NCBI GenBank assembly: GCA_001600815.1 | Contig: BCKZ01000011.1 | Span: 641,224-705,223, forward strand | Source: Alloascoidea hylecoeti | Lineage: Eukaryota | Direction: 5' to 3' | Length of the DNA stretch: 64,000 bases | Part shown: positions 43,966-54,753 of the stretch, one piece after another | How positions within the stretch are numbered: the stretch's first letter is position 1 | Layout of the letters: every line of letters begins with the position of its first letter | Notes under the pieces: model-generated | The model's input: only the letters and a program-made list of their open reading frames with translations | Databases searched by the model: none | What the model was told of the DNA's origin: nothing | Program-made: the position numbers and the translations under genes

Positions 43966-45435
43966 ATGAATACTCCCTTCCAATGGCACAAATTGGCATC
44001 AGAAACATTATCAACGGCAGATTCAATCTGCTCATCTGCAAAAAGTATTTTAACAAGTGGTGAAAAACTAATGACTTCAAATTTCGTGATTACAAATAAG
44101 AATTTATTTCTTCTTGCGGCAATTGAACAACAGCTAAGAGTACTTGTTTCTGTTTTTGATAATGCTTCAAAAGTAAGAGAAAGAATCTCTAAAAAAATAG
44201 ATATCATTAAGAATGGTCTAGATAAATCATTAAAAGAGTTGGAAATATCACTGGATAATTTAAAAAATATTAAGATCGATTCAAAATTAAATATTACTAA
44301 TGATACTGTTAATAGCCAACAAGAAAATAACAAAGAAAATGTTGAAGAGCAAGATGTAAAAGGTAAAAGAACTACTCAATCACAAAATCTCTATAATTTT
44401 GTTTCAGAAGAAGGCATAGATAAACTAAAATCGACAATATTAAAACTAAAATCGGAAGCCTTAAATTTATATAATAATGAAATAATCATGAATGAAAACA
44501 ATTTTAAAGATGAAATAACAGAATTTTGGAAAAAGCTAAGGGAAATTGAAAATAAACAAAGTAAAATTGAGACTAATGATAATAAGAATGGTAAAGAACA
44601 ACAACCAGAAACACAGGAAAACGAATTAGAAGAGTCGTCAATAATTTTATTAAAAATGAATGATCATGCTGAAGCAATGGCATTATTATTAGAATCACTA
44701 ACTAATCATTATGATTTATGTACAAAAGCATTAGAAATACAATATACCAATGAAACAGATAATGAAGATGATACAAAAGAATTATTTGAAGTTTTGCAAC
44801 ATGATTCTGAACAATTAGATGATGTTTTAGCTGAGCTTTCAGATAGATATTCTGAAATCAAATCGTCAAATGTAAAACTAATTAATATATATAATGACAC
44901 CGTCGAAATACGATCTTATTATGAAATAATTTTAAATGAACTCCTAATTTATGGTAAAGAGAAATTAGCTTTATATACTGAATCCCTACCTTTACAACTT
45001 AATAAAGTTAATTCAATGTTTGAACAAAAAATGGAATTGGTTGAGAAATGTGATGCTTTATCTGATTATTATAAATGTTTTGAACAAAGTTATTATAGTT
45101 TGATTTTAGAGGTTGCTAGGAGGTTTAAGGTATCGCAGCAAATGGATGAGATGGTTAATAATTTTGTTGAAAAGTTAAACGTTCTTAGAAATGGTATGAT
45201 ATATTTATAATGACTGTGTGATGTTATCGGATTCTAACATTGAAATATAGAAGAACTAGAGACAAGGAAGTTATATATCGAAGAGAGAGGTGAATATTTA
45301 CCATCGGATATATGGCATGGTTTGTCTTCTCCTCCTCCAATTTATGAAATTATATCTCATATACAAAATCCTCTTCCAGAATTAGATTCTAAAACTATAG
45401 CGGAAGTAAAGAAGAAACTTAATTTTATTCATTAA
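43966..45435 (+). CDS. ATG17: Autophagy scaffold Atg17; exons 43966-45193 and 45251-45435
   Basis: LYNFVSEEGI, MALLLESLTNHYDLC, SYYSLILEVARR. Intron GTATGA..CTAAC..TAG (45194-45250) restores the C-terminal GEYLPSDIW motif. Confidence 0.9.
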
Positions 45436-46890
45436 CTATTTATAGGATTTTTCTAATGATTTAAATAAATCAATAACTTCTTCTTCATGCATTTGTTTTG
45501 GTTTTTCTTTACTGCGCATATCCCTAACAGATAATGTATTATTTTTTATTTCCTCATCGCCAATCATAATAAGATAATTATATTTCAATTCTCGTGATGA
45601 CCTTATTCTACTGCCAATTGAATCATTTTTTGAATTAACATCAATATGGAAGGAAAATGAAGTTAATGGAGCAGCGGAATCTTCATTAGTTATTTCTCTT
45701 CCAATTGTCAATTTTTTTGCAAGCTGTTGGGCGTAAGGGATATGACTTTTGGAAACCGGAATAATTATGGCCTGTCGAGGACTTAGCCAAAATGGCCAAT
45801 TACCATCATATCTATCGATCAATATAGCTAAGAATCGCTCAAGAGATCCAAAAATAGCTCTATGGATCATAACCGGTCTTTCAAATTGAGAATTAGATAA
45901 CGATTTTTGTTTTGAACTTGTTGAGTCTCCCTCGATCTTTGCATTAGTAGAAGTAGTAGTATTTATGGAGGCATGATATTGTAAATCAAAACGACGGGGT
46001 AAATTAAAATCTAATTGAATTGTACCAATTTGATGCTCCTTTTTTGTATGATCCGTAACAACGACATCAATTTTAGGGCCATAAAATGCGCCATCTCCTT
46101 CGTTAATTTTCCAATCTTTAGTTGATTGATTTAAAACATTTTTTAACGAGTTCTCGGCATTGTTCCAAGTTTCAATATCACCAATGAAATGATCAGGTCT
46201 TGTACTAAGCAATAATTTATAATCATTGAGACCAAAAACGTTATAGACTTCTTTAAGCATTTTTAAAACGGATGCTATTTCTTCTGAAATTTGTGAAGGG
46301 GTACAAAATATATGAGCATCATCTTGGTGGAAGTTTCTTAAGCGTGTTAAACCTGTTAAAGCACCAGAAGCTTCATTTCTATGTAACGGAGCAAAATCAG
46401 AGTATCTTACAGGTAACTCATTATAAGTTTTAGGAAAGCGAGAATACATAATGCAATGAGAAGGACAGTTCATTGGCTTTAACCCATAGATTTCATCATT
46501 TTCTGCGGTTTCTTTAAATTTATCAATTTCACCCATTGATACAACCCCAAACATATCTTCTTTATAATTTTCCCAATGTCCACTTTTTTCCCATAAATCT
46601 TTTTTAAAAATTAATGGAGTCATCACTTCTTCATATCCGTATTTTACTTGCTGTGCTTTCATGAAATTTATTAATTTATTGAGAATTCTCGTACCATGTG
46701 GTAGAAAAAACGCCGAACCTGGTGAAGAAGAATCATTCATGTAAAGTTGTTGGGTTATTGCGATTGTTTTATTGGTAGCTGATGAAGAATTGTATCTTTT
46801 AATGCCCGGATGAAACAGCAATTTACGTCTCAACAGCAATTGTAGTATTCCTGTATTTATCCTCATTTTCACACTTTTCACACTTTTCAT
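45436..46890 (-). CDS. MST1: Mitochondrial threonyl-tRNA synthetase
   Basis: LKPMNCPSHC, LHRNEASGALTGLTRLR, GAFYGPKID, IHRAIFGSLERF; no editing domain; presequence-like N-terminus (start may be 46866). Confidence 0.93.
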   Translation of the reverse strand: MKSVKSVKMRINTGILQLLLRRKLLFHPGIKRYNSSSATNKTIAITQQLYMNDSSSPGSAFFLPHGTRILNKLINFMKAQQVKYGYEEVMTPLIFKKDLWEKSGHWENYKEDMFGVVSMGEIDKFKETAENDEIYGLKPMNCPSHCIMYSRFPKTYNELPVRYSDFAPLHRNEASGALTGLTRLRNFHQDDAHIFCTPSQISEEIASVLKMLKEVYNVFGLNDYKLLLSTRPDHFIGDIETWNNAENSLKNVLNQSTKDWKINEGDGAFYGPKIDVVVTDHTKKEHQIGTIQLDFNLPRRFDLQYHASINTTTSTNAKIEGDSTSSKQKSLSNSQFERPVMIHRAIFGSLERFLAILIDRYDGNWPFWLSPRQAIIIPVSKSHIPYAQQLAKKLTIGREITNEDSAAPLTSFSFHIDVNSKNDSIGSRIRSSRELKYNYLIMIGDEEIKNNTLSVRDMRSKEKPKQMHEEEVIDLFKSLEKSYK

Positions 46891-46992
46891 ACTTTATTTA
46901 AATCTCTTAAAAATGGAGGTTGATGTACGGGTGTTTTTCAACACTCCCTTTATCAGGCTTCAGTTTATCCATCAACATTCAGAATCTCCAGA

Positions 46993-48129
46993 ATGGCCAG
47001 CAACTGTCTTGAAGAACTTCACAAAGCAACTATAGGTAATCTCAATATCGAGCTGTTGTTAGGCCCAAATGTTGATTCCGATAAAACAAAAGATATTTCA
47101 ACAGCGACACATTTATTAATACCACCAAATAATAAAATATTCTCATTAACAGAACAAACAAATTTTGTAACTGAAGGAAAAATTCGTGATTTAAAAACGG
47201 TGTATCAATGTTGGTTATTAAAAGATGCAACGGTCACTGAATATATTTCTGATTGTCAACGACATGGTGTTGATGAAGTATCTTTTTTACATAGAACTGA
47301 TTTAAATACCTGGCTTGTCGGTTCTAGTGAAAGTTGTGAATATTTAGTTGATAATGGCACAAAAAATAATAATAATTTGGATACAAAAATTGATACAGTA
47401 ACTGATAAATCAGATTCAAAAGTTGTCAAAAAGAGATTTATCAATGAAAGAGTACTTATCGATCATAATATTAATCTTCGTGGGACGAAATATACATCTT
47501 TTGCAAGTGTGATCAAACAATCGGATGAGCTTATAATAAATAAACTCAATCATAAAAAGCCTGTATCGTCAAATTCAGGCAAATCATCATCTACATCGTC
47601 AAGTTCTTCTTTGAGCTCGTCAAAACGTTCCCGTAACAATGATCCAATTATATTGGTATCACCATCAGCATCGTCGTTAATTACAATGAGTAACATTAAA
47701 GAATTTTTCGAAGATGGGAAATTTTTAGACCCATCCACGACGTCATCAGACTCAAATATTTTACGATTATCACATTCAATGTCGAATAAAAGTCTTGGAA
47801 GAGTTCGATTTTTGGTTGTTTCTGATACTGCAAAATTCACCAAAACTAAAGATTGGGATCGTGTTGTTGCGATAATAACAACAGGGCAGTTATGGCAATT
47901 TAAGGAGTATCATTGGACAAATCCTAATGAATTATTCAGACATGCAAAGGGGTATTTTTTTTCTTATAAAGGCGATATTGTACCTGAAAGCATTAAGGGT
48001 TGGAATGTTGATGTTGTTACTATTGATAGGACAAGAAGATTTCGAGACCGGGAAGTGATGGTTAAATTTTGGGATGGCATTGAGAAATATATGATTGAGA
48101 GAGGATGGATAAATAAGCTAAAACACTAA
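46993..48129 (+). CDS. CDC73: Paf1 complex subunit Cdc73
   Basis: DPIILVSPSASSLITMSNIKEF and WDRVVAIITTGQLWQFK motifs. Confidence 0.93.
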   Translation: MASNCLEELHKATIGNLNIELLLGPNVDSDKTKDISTATHLLIPPNNKIFSLTEQTNFVTEGKIRDLKTVYQCWLLKDATVTEYISDCQRHGVDEVSFLHRTDLNTWLVGSSESCEYLVDNGTKNNNNLDTKIDTVTDKSDSKVVKKRFINERVLIDHNINLRGTKYTSFASVIKQSDELIINKLNHKKPVSSNSGKSSSTSSSSSLSSSKRSRNNDPIILVSPSASSLITMSNIKEFFEDGKFLDPSTTSSDSNILRLSHSMSNKSLGRVRFLVVSDTAKFTKTKDWDRVVAIITTGQLWQFKEYHWTNPNELFRHAKGYFFSYKGDIVPESIKGWNVDVVTIDRTRRFRDREVMVKFWDGIEKYMIERGWINKLKH

Positions 48130-48183
48130 ATTATATTGTATAAATTATATTGCAATTGATAATTAGACTGTAATGGCACATAT

Positions 48184-48191
48184 CCGGGTAA
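48184..48191 (+). promoter_or_regulatory. Reb1-type site CCGGGTAA between CDC73 and MDM31
   Basis: Exact match, followed by a T-rich tract. Confidence 0.5.
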
Positions 48192-48357
48192 GCAGTTTAC
48201 TACCGATCAGCTTTTTTGTAAAATATATAGTCTTTTCTTTTATCATTTCTTTTATCCTATTTTATATTATTTCGTTTTATTTAATAAGCAGAAAATATAT
48301 AGTGAAATATATAGTTAACAAACAAACTCTCGATAGAAAACAAACGATGCTTACTCG

Positions 48358-50238
48358 ATGTTTACAAAGAGCAATTCAAAAGTTTTCACTACTACTTTTA
48401 AGCAGATCAGCAAATATTCAAATTTAACTCAAGTTAATTATAAATCGGCATTATCGATTGCCAAACATACTAATCCTAATATTGATGTTTTAATAAATAA
48501 AAGGATCAATTTGATAAAATCAGAATCATCTTACTTCATTTCAAAATTTCAATATAGATATAAGAACAACATCAATAACATCATACTTTCTCGGCTATAT
48601 TCAATAAATAAGCAATCTCAAAAGGATCAAAAAGTTCAAAATCTTAAAAAGGATTCATATATTCCTGGCCACTATTTACCATTATCTACAAAAGAAGAAT
48701 TGCTGGCAAGTACAACAAATGTATTTAGAAAACTCGGCATTCATGTTAAATGGTCATTAGCAAAGCAATATAGGCCTTTCAACACTGATGATTTTAGTGC
48801 TTTATTTTCATGGTTAATGGTTGGAAATGTGTTACTCATTGTCCTTGGTACAACTACTTTTTTTTCGCTTGTTATATTCACAATGAATACTGTTTTAGCC
48901 CAGGAATTTGTTGCACAGGTTATTGGTAATATAATGACAAAGGAAACTGGCTTAGAAGTTGTGTTTGAAAACGCTGTTGTGCCGGGTTGGAAAGATGGTG
49001 TCATTAGTTTTAACAAAGTATTTGTTTCGAAGCGACCTGGTATAAAAAAGAGTAAGAAAAAAGTGGCAAAGGGTAATCAAGCAAGTGCAATGGCTGCTGC
49101 TACATCAAAATTAAGAGAAATATTAGCAAGTTCAGACGCTAAACCTTTAGAAAAAGACAATGATGATGATGGTAATTATACACAATATGATTTAACAATT
49201 GATCAAATTAACGTTACACTGTCTTTTAGTAAATGGTTAAATGGTAAAGGGATCATAAAATCTTGCGAGTTAAAAGGAATGAGAGGTGTTGTTGATAGAA
49301 GATTTGTTATATGGGAATTAAATGACGATCCAAGAAATTATAAAAATATTCATAAGCCTGGTGATTTTGAAATGGATACCTTCAAAATGGAAGATATTTT
49401 AGTCACAATTATACAACCAGATTTCAGTGAGTATAAATTTGCAATATTCACATCCGATTTATCAATATTTAGAAAAAATTGGTTGTTTTATGATTTAATT
49501 AATGCGAATCATATGAGTGGTTCATATGATGATTCTCTGTTTACAATTCATAAACATCAAGGGTTAGATGCATCAGAAGATTTGAATGATAAATTTAGTT
49601 ATAATGGTAATTCTTCTAATAAAAGCTCTACAAAACCTTGGAAAAAATATACAAGATTACGAATTGACGGTCTCGATATAGAACATTTAAATAAAGGAGT
49701 AGATGGGCCTTTCGGTTGGATAACAAGTGGTAACGCCGATATCATTGCTGATGTTATGATACCAAATGAAAAGGATGATATGAAAGTTGAAGATTTATTA
49801 CAAAATTATATTCAAGAAGTTGGCCATGGTATAATTCATTCGCGTGACCGCCCAAATAAAGACGATCAGATTTCCAAGTATTGTATATTTGACATGTCAG
49901 TTCAATTAAATAACGTTAGAGCAAAGGTTCCTTTATTTACATCGGACTTAACATACATTAATAATGCAGTTATTCGACCAATAGTCTCTTATATCAATTC
50001 AAGGAAAACCTATATTCCAATAAAGTGTCGAGTTATCAAAAAATTGGCTGATTTTGATGGGAGCTGGACCATTTATGATTCACTATTAATGGACGATTTA
50101 AGTGCTGAGGTTTATGACTCTTTTGTTTGTTATGTTGCGGACGAAGATGCAAGATCTTTAAGAATGAAAAAAATTGGGTTTTGGACTTTACAAGTTCTTC
50201 TACAATTTTTATTGATGGGATTGGGTACAATTGCGTGA
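48358..50238 (+). CDS. MDM31: Mitochondrial inner-membrane morphology protein Mdm31/Mdm32 family
   Basis: RPFNTDDFSALFSW, GTTTFFS, VFENAVVPGW, GNYTQYDLTIDQINVTLSF, IRPIVSYINS, DFDGSWT. Confidence 0.9.
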   Translation: MFTKSNSKVFTTTFKQISKYSNLTQVNYKSALSIAKHTNPNIDVLINKRINLIKSESSYFISKFQYRYKNNINNIILSRLYSINKQSQKDQKVQNLKKDSYIPGHYLPLSTKEELLASTTNVFRKLGIHVKWSLAKQYRPFNTDDFSALFSWLMVGNVLLIVLGTTTFFSLVIFTMNTVLAQEFVAQVIGNIMTKETGLEVVFENAVVPGWKDGVISFNKVFVSKRPGIKKSKKKVAKGNQASAMAAATSKLREILASSDAKPLEKDNDDDGNYTQYDLTIDQINVTLSFSKWLNGKGIIKSCELKGMRGVVDRRFVIWELNDDPRNYKNIHKPGDFEMDTFKMEDILVTIIQPDFSEYKFAIFTSDLSIFRKNWLFYDLINANHMSGSYDDSLFTIHKHQGLDASEDLNDKFSYNGNSSNKSSTKPWKKYTRLRIDGLDIEHLNKGVDGPFGWITSGNADIIADVMIPNEKDDMKVEDLLQNYIQEVGHGIIHSRDRPNKDDQISKYCIFDMSVQLNNVRAKVPLFTSDLTYINNAVIRPIVSYINSRKTYIPIKCRVIKKLADFDGSWTIYDSLLMDDLSAEVYDSFVCYVADEDARSLRMKKIGFWTLQVLLQFLLMGLGTIA

Positions 50239-51138
50239 ATATAGAAGGCTTTAATCTTGGTCAGATTATTCAATATAATCTTGTATATAGTTTTGTATTA
50301 TAAAATTAAAAAGCGCAACTTATTCAAAAAAATAAAAGTACCCTAAAACTAATTATAATGCACAAATTTTTTCTCGCTTAAGAAAATATGCATACATTTG
50401 CTTATACTACGCCATGAGGAAATATACCACCATATATATGCATGCACTCATCCTGATAAAGTAAAAGCCTACGACTGCAAATTTTCAAATTGCGATTGAA
50501 TGACGTGGTTGTCACTGATTAATGAACATAAAAATACTTCATACACGTATAAATGGATAAACCCTTTGAATGATAGGAGTTGATATATGCTTTTATGTCT
50601 ATAGTTAGGGATGAAGATATAGCTAAATGTTATAGATCTTGGTATGATCTAAACACGTGCATATTATGACCCGAAGCGTAAGTTACGAAATTGTACATCA
50701 CTTTTGTTTATAATATTTAATTATCTGGTTCTCAGTAATAACTTAAACCGTAGCTATCCGGCTCTTAGGGCCATAAATAGTAAGTAGTTTCCCTCTCTTT
50801 CTAATACAAGTTATTCTTTAGCTATAAAACCGCTATATCCTTATTAATCATTCCTTTACCTTTAATTAATATGTATTTTAATTCATTACAGCAGTAGTTA
50901 CATGATTAATTTTATATAAGGTTCACTAATTATATAAAAATTTTAATGCTATATATTTCGATTTTACTTAAATATATTTAATTGCACCTTCCCATACATA
51001 TAGGGAATTATATATAAAATGTAACGTAGGCTATCACTTAAAAGTTAATTTTTTAAGCTTGTAAATTACCCAAATAAATTCATGTATTGTCTCACTTAAT
51101 ATCTCACAATAATATTTCCTTTCCACCGAATGGAGTCA

Positions 51139-52734
51139 CTATAATTTAGCTTTGAAACTAGGCAAATCTAATTGTTCATAAACATTTTGATATAATTTAT
51201 CATCTGGTACTTGTCTTGTAGTAATAGCCTTAATATCCAATAAATCTTCAGTTAATTCACTAACTTTACTAACACCCAAAAGACGGAAATTCATTTCCAT
51301 TTCATCTTTTAACAATTGCATTGCTTTTGCAACACCAGCTTCACCATAAGTTGACATTGCATATAAGAATGGTCTACCAAGGCCAACACCTTTAGCACCT
51401 AAACATATTGCTTTAATGATGTCAGTTGCACGGCGTACACCACCATCAATGTAAACTTCAATTTTCTTTTCTAAACCACGAGACTTCAAAGCGTCCATAA
51501 CTTCGATTAATACTTCGATACCAGATCTTGCATAATCTAGTTGTCTACCGCCATGATTTGATAAAACAATAGAATCGATACCATGTTCAACAGCTTTAAC
51601 AGCATCTTCCCATCTTTGCACACCTTTCAAAGCAATTGGCATCTTTGTAATTTCTTTGAAAAAAGGAACATCATTCCAATTTAAAGCAGGATCAATAAAT
51701 GAAGAAATTGCCCTTGCAGCACCTTGAGTTCTATCGATGTCATCATCTTGTTCACCCTGAATATCAGCAGCTTCTTCATCATACTTTGATCTCATATCTT
51801 TTTCTCTTCTACCTAATTGTGGAGCATCAACTGTTATGAATAAACCTTTAATTCCTCTCTTTTCAGCATGTTGTACAATTTTTTTTGTAATTTCTTTATT
51901 TGCATTGACATATAATTGTAACCATTGAGTTTGTTCAGGAACAGCAGCATCCACAATTTCATCAAAAGAACAAGAAGCTAAAGTAGGAATCATTTGTATA
52001 AGATTATGTTTTGCAGCAGCTCTTGTTAAGTTTTTTTCACCTTCAGGATGACCTAATTTACCTAAAGCGGTTGCAGTAACATAAAATGGGGCATCAACAT
52101 TTGTACCTAACATTTTGGTAGACAAATCAATTTTACTAACATCAACTAAAACTCTTGGCCTAAACCAAAGTCTTTGATATGCTGCTCTATTTTCACGCAT
52201 CGTGATTTCATCGTCGGCACCAGATGAGTAATAAGCCCATGCAGTCTTGGGCATTGTTTTTGAAGCAATGAATTCAAAATCATATAAGTTATAGATTAAG
52301 GATAGAGGAGGTTTACGTTGTATTAGCTGTAATCTGTTATATTCATCTTCGGAAATTTGTTCGCCATCCTCATCTTTATAGATTTGAGGTTGTTGAGGTT
52401 GTGGTTGAATTGGCTGATGTTGTTGAGGTTGCTGTGAGATCTGAGGAGGACTTGCATTAGATATTTGAACAGAGTCCGTCTTCTTGCTGGGAGGGTTGGA
52501 ATCCTTTTCTAAAACCCCAATGAACTTCTCTTTGGGCAAATACTTTTCTAAGGTGTCACCGGGGTGAATGGGCTCAAATTTTTTGGTAGCATCTTTTCCA
52601 GCAAATCTTAAAATGATCTTTTGTCCCCCAGGATGTTCTGGCAGAAAGTCAGAAACATCGTATACCTTGCCATGAATGATGACCCAGCAGTCGTTCTTGG
52701 TGTTGTGTCTAGTTACTTCGCTTAGTTTAACCAT
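51139..52734 (-). CDS. Flavocytochrome b2-like (cytochrome b5 + FMN alpha-hydroxy-acid dehydrogenase) lacking a mitochondrial presequence and ending in -AKL
   Basis: b5 motif WVIIHGKVYDVSDFLPEHPGG; YYSSGADDE, ITVDAPQLGRREKD, SNHGGRQLD, DGGVRR. First ATG is at 52734; the track start is a GTG. Confidence 0.9.
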   Translation of the reverse strand: MVKLSEVTRHNTKNDCWVIIHGKVYDVSDFLPEHPGGQKIILRFAGKDATKKFEPIHPGDTLEKYLPKEKFIGVLEKDSNPPSKKTDSVQISNASPPQISQQPQQHQPIQPQPQQPQIYKDEDGEQISEDEYNRLQLIQRKPPLSLIYNLYDFEFIASKTMPKTAWAYYSSGADDEITMRENRAAYQRLWFRPRVLVDVSKIDLSTKMLGTNVDAPFYVTATALGKLGHPEGEKNLTRAAAKHNLIQMIPTLASCSFDEIVDAAVPEQTQWLQLYVNANKEITKKIVQHAEKRGIKGLFITVDAPQLGRREKDMRSKYDEEAADIQGEQDDDIDRTQGAARAISSFIDPALNWNDVPFFKEITKMPIALKGVQRWEDAVKAVEHGIDSIVLSNHGGRQLDYARSGIEVLIEVMDALKSRGLEKKIEVYIDGGVRRATDIIKAICLGAKGVGLGRPFLYAMSTYGEAGVAKAMQLLKDEMEMNFRLLGVSKVSELTEDLLDIKAITTRQVPDDKLYQNVYEQLDLPSFKAKL

Positions 52735-52919
52735 GGTTCTCGCAATTGCAATTGGTGGAGGTTTCGTGGAGATTTTCTGGGGTTTATATATCTGACACAC
52801 CACCCGAGCCGATGCACGTGGCCCACTACCTTATCGGGGTAAGGGGACCGATGGGAACTTATTGCCGTGTTCGGTCTACAGGAATCCTCAAAACCTGATA
52901 CTATAAGGTATATTTCTAT

Positions 52920-54485
52920 TTATTTCTTCGGTGCTATCTTCGCATTTGCAAGCCCTGTAACTGTAAAATCAACAAGAGAAACATTGAGTTTATAGTGTGA
53001 TTTTTCAGATTTACAATTGTTATTTTCCAACTGAATTTTCAAACTGCCAATGCCTCTCACCCTTCTTTTGATTTTATTAATATAATCCTTCATTAATCCA
53101 ACTGGCCTGGTATTCTTGGGATCTAAGGACTTTTCTATGTCCCCCGGTGAAGTCGGAAGGGCTCCAGCCTTAGAAAATTCATGAACTGCTTTGATCTGTA
53201 TGTCAGACAAAGTAGGTAACTGTGGATTGTTAGCAGATACGAGCCACACATAGTTATTAGAATCAAACGAATCAGATTCTTTAATACTCAACAGCCTGAA
53301 ATCCTCATTGCTTTGGATCATTTCTTTTATACTTTTCCACACTTCTAATGGGATCCCAAAATACTGAATTTTCAAAGGATAGGATAAATCGTTAAAATTC
53401 TTTGAACAATCAATTATAATATCCGAAATAAAAAAAGACTCGGATCTAATTTCCCCAGGATACCTAACCTCTAAGTTGAAAACTATTTTTTGTTTATCAT
53501 GAAGATCTGTTGAAGAAGTATTCTCAAAGTAAGTGTGATTCTTGTATTTCCTACAAGAAAATTTCCCTATTTCTGTGTTATCTCGATAAAAAACGCCTCT
53601 AAGTGTCGGCCTAACTTTATGGTTTTCTTTGATCATATATTGATTGTAATTACTTTTTAAAACAGCAGGTGAATTGGTTTGTAGTTGAGGTTGCGGAGAT
53701 TGGATAATTGGAAGCTCATGCCCTACTTTAGTATCTTCATTTGCATCATTAACTATGCCTGGGTGTACTTCATAATCGGCGGTAGAATCCATAATTGCAC
53801 TTTTATTCTCTAGGACTGATCTCTCAGATTGAACTAATTCCTGGCCAGATTTTGGGATAATATTGGTGATGTTAGAACCTCCATGTGCAGATCTAGTATT
53901 ATCGTCACTGTAATCTTCCAACTCATCATTAACAGGTAATATAAATTCATCAACTAATGACAAACCCTCATGGGTCATTTCATATAGCTCACTATCGAGT
54001 TCATTTTTCTGTTCTCTATCTAAAATCTTCTCCTCAATCAAACCCATAGTTTCTCCGTATGATTTAAATTCCTCTTTTGACCTGGTCCAAATAATCCACA
54101 ACTCAGGACTATCTCTCAACCAGGAAGATAGATAAAAATTGAATTTAACAAATTCAGGGACGTATTCTCCTATCGATTCCAAGAGTTTAAAAAACTGATT
54201 AACTCGGCGTTTAAACCGTTCAAAGGAAGAATGACTAAATGAAAGATCAACTTGTTCCCTAAGAAGATCAACGCTCATCAAGAGAATTAAACTTTTACTT
54301 CTCTGAGATATATCATGTTCGGAGAAGTTCATAGTTGGAGCTCGAGAGGATTTAAAGTCTTGTTTGGTGGTCGATTGCAATGCCTCTGCAATGCAAGAGA
54401 CATTGTTTCCAATTCTCTCTAACTCAACTAAAACAGGTGAAGTAATAATATCGGGAGATGTGGTAGAGTAATTGGGGAGATCCAT
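52920..54485 (-). CDS. Hypothetical 521-aa protein (orphan; N-terminal helical part faintly retrotransposon Gag-like)
   Basis: Long intact ORF with ACAATG context; no recognisable yeast family. Confidence 0.6.
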   Translation of the reverse strand: MDLPNYSTTSPDIITSPVLVELERIGNNVSCIAEALQSTTKQDFKSSRAPTMNFSEHDISQRSKSLILLMSVDLLREQVDLSFSHSSFERFKRRVNQFFKLLESIGEYVPEFVKFNFYLSSWLRDSPELWIIWTRSKEEFKSYGETMGLIEEKILDREQKNELDSELYEMTHEGLSLVDEFILPVNDELEDYSDDNTRSAHGGSNITNIIPKSGQELVQSERSVLENKSAIMDSTADYEVHPGIVNDANEDTKVGHELPIIQSPQPQLQTNSPAVLKSNYNQYMIKENHKVRPTLRGVFYRDNTEIGKFSCRKYKNHTYFENTSSTDLHDKQKIVFNLEVRYPGEIRSESFFISDIIIDCSKNFNDLSYPLKIQYFGIPLEVWKSIKEMIQSNEDFRLLSIKESDSFDSNNYVWLVSANNPQLPTLSDIQIKAVHEFSKAGALPTSPGDIEKSLDPKNTRPVGLMKDYINKIKRRVRGIGSLKIQLENNNCKSEKSHYKLNVSLVDFTVTGLANAKIAPKK

Positions 54486-54753
54486 TGTGACTTAAGGTAA
54501 AAAATAGAAAAGAAAGAGGATATCAATATAACTTTTTTAATTATATGTTTTTAATTATATTTATAATAACCGTTTTTAAGGTTAGATAACGGTGATAACC
54601 CCTTACACCCAAATTATGCATGTGTACAATCGAAATAATTTTCAGTTTGACTCTTATAAATAACAGTATAGAAGAAGAGCCAAACCTCCAATTTTTCTTA
54701 TCTAGAAATAATCGCACGATCTTTTGAGCTTTAAGGCTGTCGTTGAAATCAAA

